A stretch of 42,015 nucleotides of DNA, taken from the NCBI GenBank assembly GCA_964612905.1, contig CAZTFN010000001.1:1-42015 (forward strand). The letters are read 5' to 3'. A model generated the notes under the pieces. It was given only the letters and a program-made list of their open reading frames with translations, had not been told where the DNA came from and ran no database searches. How positions within the stretch are numbered: position 1 is the stretch's first letter; each line of letters begins with the position of its first letter. Shown piece by piece: positions 38,584 through 42,015 of the stretch. The position numbers and the translations under genes were made by a program. This DNA is from an uncultured Flavobacterium sp. GTDB lineage: Bacteria > Bacteroidota > Bacteroidia > Flavobacteriales > Flavobacteriaceae.

Positions 38584-39093
38584 TTAAAATCGGGTTTTCG
38601 CGATTGAACTATTGAAGATGTCTTGAATAATTCTATCGGTAATCTGTTGTAATAGATTGTTTAATACATCACCTACAGGTTGAGTGTTTGCATTGAAGTC
38701 GCTATAAAAGGAAAATTTCTTCTCGAAATTATCGTCCTCATTAAGCTTGTTAGAAAATCGAATATTTACGGAAATGGTCAAACGATTTTGGGCAGCTGTT
38801 TGTTGAGCTGTCGCACTTATTGGATTTATTCTATAATCTGAGATCTCTCCATCGTAAGTTAAATCAGCGTTTGAATGCACTTGCTCTAGTTTGGTTCTTT
38901 GATTAATAAAATCCTGCATTTTGGATTGAATCAACGGACTCAAAGATGGTTCAACTAGATTGGCATTATTCTGGAGAAACAAAATTTGAACAGTCTTTGC
39001 ATCTCCTGTATCAATCCCTCCAAAGGAGTATTGACTGCAATTAAAAAGAAAAACAGAGGCGAATACTAAAAGCAGTAATTTAAGTTTGTGCAT
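38584..39093 (-). CDS. lptE: LptE family lipoprotein, copy B
   Basis: Lipobox LFNC; YSFGG, TGDAKT, AAQNRLTISVNIRF, QDIFNSSIAK; clear paralog of copy A. Confidence 0.8.
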   Translation of the reverse strand: MHKLKLLLLVFASVFLFNCSQYSFGGIDTGDAKTVQILFLQNNANLVEPSLSPLIQSKMQDFINQRTKLEQVHSNADLTYDGEISDYRINPISATAQQTAAQNRLTISVNIRFSNKLNEDDNFEKKFSFYSDFNANTQPVGDVLNNLLQQITDRIIQDIFNSSIAKTRF

Positions 39094-39102
39094 TGAAAAT
39101 AA

Positions 39103-40323
39103 TTACAGATCGTATTGTTTTATTTTTCTGTACAAAGTTCGTTCCGAAATTCCCAATTCTTTGGCTGCCAGCTTTCTTTTCTTGTGTTTTTCTAAGGATC
39201 TCTTAATCATTTCCACTTCTTTTTCTTGAAGTGATAAATTCTCATCTTCTTCTATGGTTTCAACAAAATCGTAGGTATTGCCTGAAGTATGTTCAGGAAT
39301 TTGAACTACTTGAACAGGGTGAATTTCTTCCTTTTGTTCTTCGTAGATTTTCTGAATCAGGTGATGATTTTCGGCTTGCACTTTTTCAGAATTTCCATTC
39401 TTCATCAAATCCAAGGTCAATTTTTTTAGATCATTAATGTCGTTTCGCATATCAAAGAGAATCTTATACATGATGTCTCTTTCAGTAGAAAAATCATTTT
39501 GATTGGATGATTTTCCAATCACCGCAGGAAGGTTCCCAGAATGATTGGGTAAATACTGACTTATTTTCTCAGCCGTAATCAATCGATTTTCTTCAACCAC
39601 AGAAATTTGTTCAGCGATATTTCTTAATTGCCGGATATTCCCTGGGAATCGATAATTAAGCAAAAGCTGTGTTGCATTTTCATCCAATCGAATGGTTGGC
39701 ATTCTGTATTTCTGAGCGAAATCAGCAGCAAACTTTCTAAATAGCAAATGGATGTCCTCATTTCGATCACGCAGTGGAGGTAGTGAAATTTCAATCGTAC
39801 TTAAACGATAGTAAAGGTCTTCACGGAACTTCTCTTTAGCAATGGCATCTTGCATGTTAAGATTGGTCGCAGCGACAATTCTCACATTCGTTTTTTGTAC
39901 TTGAGAAGAACCTACTTTGATAAATTCTCCATTTTCCAAAACACGCAACAAACGTACTTGTGTTGTCAATGGAAGTTCCCCAACTTCATCTAAAAAGATG
40001 GTCCCGCCGTCTGCCACTTCGAAGTATCCTTTACGCGAAGCAGTGGCTCCCGTAAATGCACCTTTTTCGTGGCCGAATAATTCACTGTCTATGGTTCCTT
40101 CAGGAATGGCGCCGCAGTTTACGGCAATGTATTTTGCATGCTTTCTATGCGAAAGCGAATGAATGATTCTTGGGATATTTTCTTTACCAACACCGCTTTC
40201 TCCTGTCACCAGCACTGAAATGTCTGTAGGAGCAACACGCACTGCTTTTTCTAGAGCGCGGTTGAGCTGAACATCGTTCCCGATGATTCCAAAGCGTTGT
40301 TTAACGGCTTGTAAGTTTTCCAT
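39103..40323 (-). CDS. sigma-54 interaction (AAA+) Fis-family regulator lacking an N-terminal sensor domain
   Basis: GESGVGKE, SELFGHEKGAFTGA, FLDEVGE, FREDLYYRL, PGNIRQL, AAKELGISERTLYRKI. Confidence 0.93.
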   Translation of the reverse strand: MENLQAVKQRFGIIGNDVQLNRALEKAVRVAPTDISVLVTGESGVGKENIPRIIHSLSHRKHAKYIAVNCGAIPEGTIDSELFGHEKGAFTGATASRKGYFEVADGGTIFLDEVGELPLTTQVRLLRVLENGEFIKVGSSQVQKTNVRIVAATNLNMQDAIAKEKFREDLYYRLSTIEISLPPLRDRNEDIHLLFRKFAADFAQKYRMPTIRLDENATQLLLNYRFPGNIRQLRNIAEQISVVEENRLITAEKISQYLPNHSGNLPAVIGKSSNQNDFSTERDIMYKILFDMRNDINDLKKLTLDLMKNGNSEKVQAENHHLIQKIYEEQKEEIHPVQVVQIPEHTSGNTYDFVETIEEDENLSLQEKEVEMIKRSLEKHKKRKLAAKELGISERTLYRKIKQYDL

Positions 40324-40326
40324 ATA

Positions 40327-41697
40327 TTATTCTTCGTAGTATAAATCGTATCCAAAATCCCAACCGAGACCTCCAGTTCTTATGGTTACAGGATACCCAT
40401 TTGATTGCACAATTTCTGCAAGATTCCAATATTGAACGGAATTTACGCTTGTTGTAAATAAATCAACATCTCTTCGAAACTTAACACTAAAAGCACCATG
40501 AAATTGTAATATTCCGCGTGCTAAAATACCCGGATGAACTAAATAGTTCTTGTAGATGTTTAATGAAGCTGTGTACAATGGGTTCAATACATTATCTTGA
40601 TATGTGTATGTGTTGAGGGATTCATTCCGTTGGTCTTCTGGAAGGTCAAAGAATGATTGCGTATTGATATCATACCCTCTATTGTGACTTCTAGAGTTTA
40701 GAACATCACCGTCTGCATCGTACTCAAAAATTTCAATCCGATTGCGTGTTCCTGAATTGTAAAATGCATCTATCGTGACTACTTTTCCAGAAGCGTTGAA
40801 AGTGAATTTTTTGTTATAAAATCCTGTAGGTAAAGGAGCCTCAGAATCATAGGTTAACATGGTGTTTCCTTGATGTTCTACATCAACTGTTCTTATGACA
40901 ACATCTTCCGTAACCGTCATTTGAGAAATCTGACCTCCAGTGTAGTAAAAATTAATAGTTCCATCATCATTTTCTGAGGTAGTATCATCGAAAAACACTG
41001 TGGTTAAATTACCCATGCTGTCATAGGTGTAATACATTGCAGTTCCTTGTTCAGTAGGAATGTAGCTCTCATATTGTGTTCCACCATTAGAGTAATAAAA
41101 ATTCTCATTAATTCGAACGATTTTGGTACCACTTCCAGGGAAACTGTCTGGATTCAAGGGATCTGTATTGGCTTCGATTTCTTCACCATTGGGTCGTCCA
41201 TCACCATCACAGTCAATTAAAAACCAACCGTCTGGAACATCTGCTTGTACTTGATTTGTGATGACAAGGCTACAAGGATCGTTGATGTCTGTATTGTCAT
41301 TGAAAAACTCAATACCATTTGGCACACCATCTTGGTCACAATCGTAGGACTGCCAGATATCTGTGACTTGTGTTGGGTCTTGGTTTTCCTCTATAAAATC
41401 GCAAAGATCAGACCCATTTGCATTTAGAAGACCTGTTTGATCTTCTAACTCTTGCTCATTGCTCACGCCATCACCATCGCAATCCATCATTTTCCAATTG
41501 GTAGATGTCGAAGGGAAATACTGACTGCTTAAATTTAAGCTACAAGGGTCGTTAGGGTCTGTAAAGTCCACTACTTCTTGTTGATTCGTCACACCATCAC
41601 CATCAATATCATTGGGGTCAAATTCTGTATCTGAATCTTTTTTGCAGGAAACCACTGCAAAAATCAATAAGATAAGTAACCATTTGATTTTTTTCAT
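40327..41697 (-). CDS. Lipoprotein with four DxDxDG Ca-binding (TSP3-like) repeats and a beta-rich C-terminal domain
   Basis: Lipobox VVSC; DIDGDGVTN, DCDGDGVSN, DCDQDGVPN, DCDGDGRPN with TDPNDPCS-type spacers. Confidence 0.8.
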   Translation of the reverse strand: MKKIKWLLILLIFAVVSCKKDSDTEFDPNDIDGDGVTNQQEVVDFTDPNDPCSLNLSSQYFPSTSTNWKMMDCDGDGVSNEQELEDQTGLLNANGSDLCDFIEENQDPTQVTDIWQSYDCDQDGVPNGIEFFNDNTDINDPCSLVITNQVQADVPDGWFLIDCDGDGRPNGEEIEANTDPLNPDSFPGSGTKIVRINENFYYSNGGTQYESYIPTEQGTAMYYTYDSMGNLTTVFFDDTTSENDDGTINFYYTGGQISQMTVTEDVVIRTVDVEHQGNTMLTYDSEAPLPTGFYNKKFTFNASGKVVTIDAFYNSGTRNRIEIFEYDADGDVLNSRSHNRGYDINTQSFFDLPEDQRNESLNTYTYQDNVLNPLYTASLNIYKNYLVHPGILARGILQFHGAFSVKFRRDVDLFTTSVNSVQYWNLAEIVQSNGYPVTIRTGGLGWDFGYDLYYEE

Positions 41698-41708
41698 AGC
41701 ATAAAACC

Positions 41709-42015
41709 TTAGTTATTGTCAGAATAGCCTATAGCCTTTCCTAATAAGGTAGTTGAAGTACAATCTTCAATCGTAACATTCACAAAGTCTCCCATTTTGT
41801 AGTGTTCTTTAGGAAATACTACAACGGTGTTTTGTGTATTTCTTCCTTTCCAATGTGCATCGGATTTTTTGGAAGTTCCTTCAATCAAGACCTCTTGAGT
41901 TTGTCCTACGAACTGTTTGGTTCTGTACAAACTGTGTTCTTGCTGAAGCGCGATGATTTCTCTTAATCGACGTTTTTTTGTTTCTAGCGGAACATTGTCT
42001 TCCATCTTCTTGGCA
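41709..42015 (-). CDS. miaB: tRNA methylthiotransferase MiaB, C-terminal TRAM domain (partial)
   Basis: DNVPLETKKRRLREII...EVLIEG.SKKS....KGRNTQN..VVFPK...GDFVNVTIEDCTSTTLLG; usual position before the sigma-54 regulator. Confidence 0.9.
   Translation of the reverse strand, partial: AKKMEDNVPLETKKRRLREIIALQQEHSLYRTKQFVGQTQEVLIEGTSKKSDAHWKGRNTQNTVVVFPKEHYKMGDFVNVTIEDCTSTTLLGKAIGYSDNN

Overview
Flavobacteriaceae-type (Bacteroidota; Tenacibaculum/Polaribacter-like gene order) chromosomal segment. The right two thirds (14.1-42 kb) is mostly core genome: rodA-mrdA-mreD-mreC-mreB, purH, a GAF protein, xrtF and its partner, a HYC_CC_PP/TonB receptor/HMA metal cluster, groL-groES, secG, a TPR-like protein, lptE, a sigma-54-type activator and the 3' end of miaB. 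Accessory additions there include three tandem macroglobulin(MG2)-plus-plug paralogs, a duplicated lptE, a Ca-binding repeat lipoprotein and two unannotated small ORFs upstream of purH. The left third (1-14 kb) is a polymorphic-toxin region. It holds a two-gene, signal-peptide-bearing Rhs system whose cage carries two inserted lectin-like domains and whose C-terminal cargo has a caspase-fold-like His-Gly/Cys dyad. This is followed by four small immunity-like genes, each with its own terminator hairpin and one frameshifted. Next comes a second, architecturally different SpvB/FG-GAP/YD toxin gene (>=940 codons, missing from the ORF track) with a sigma70-type promoter and a two-state structured leader that look foreign to Bacteroidota, possibly Patescibacteria-like. 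The first 65 bases are a fold-back of neighbouring sequence, probably an amplification or assembly artefact. Family assignments come from motif recognition only; no searches were run.
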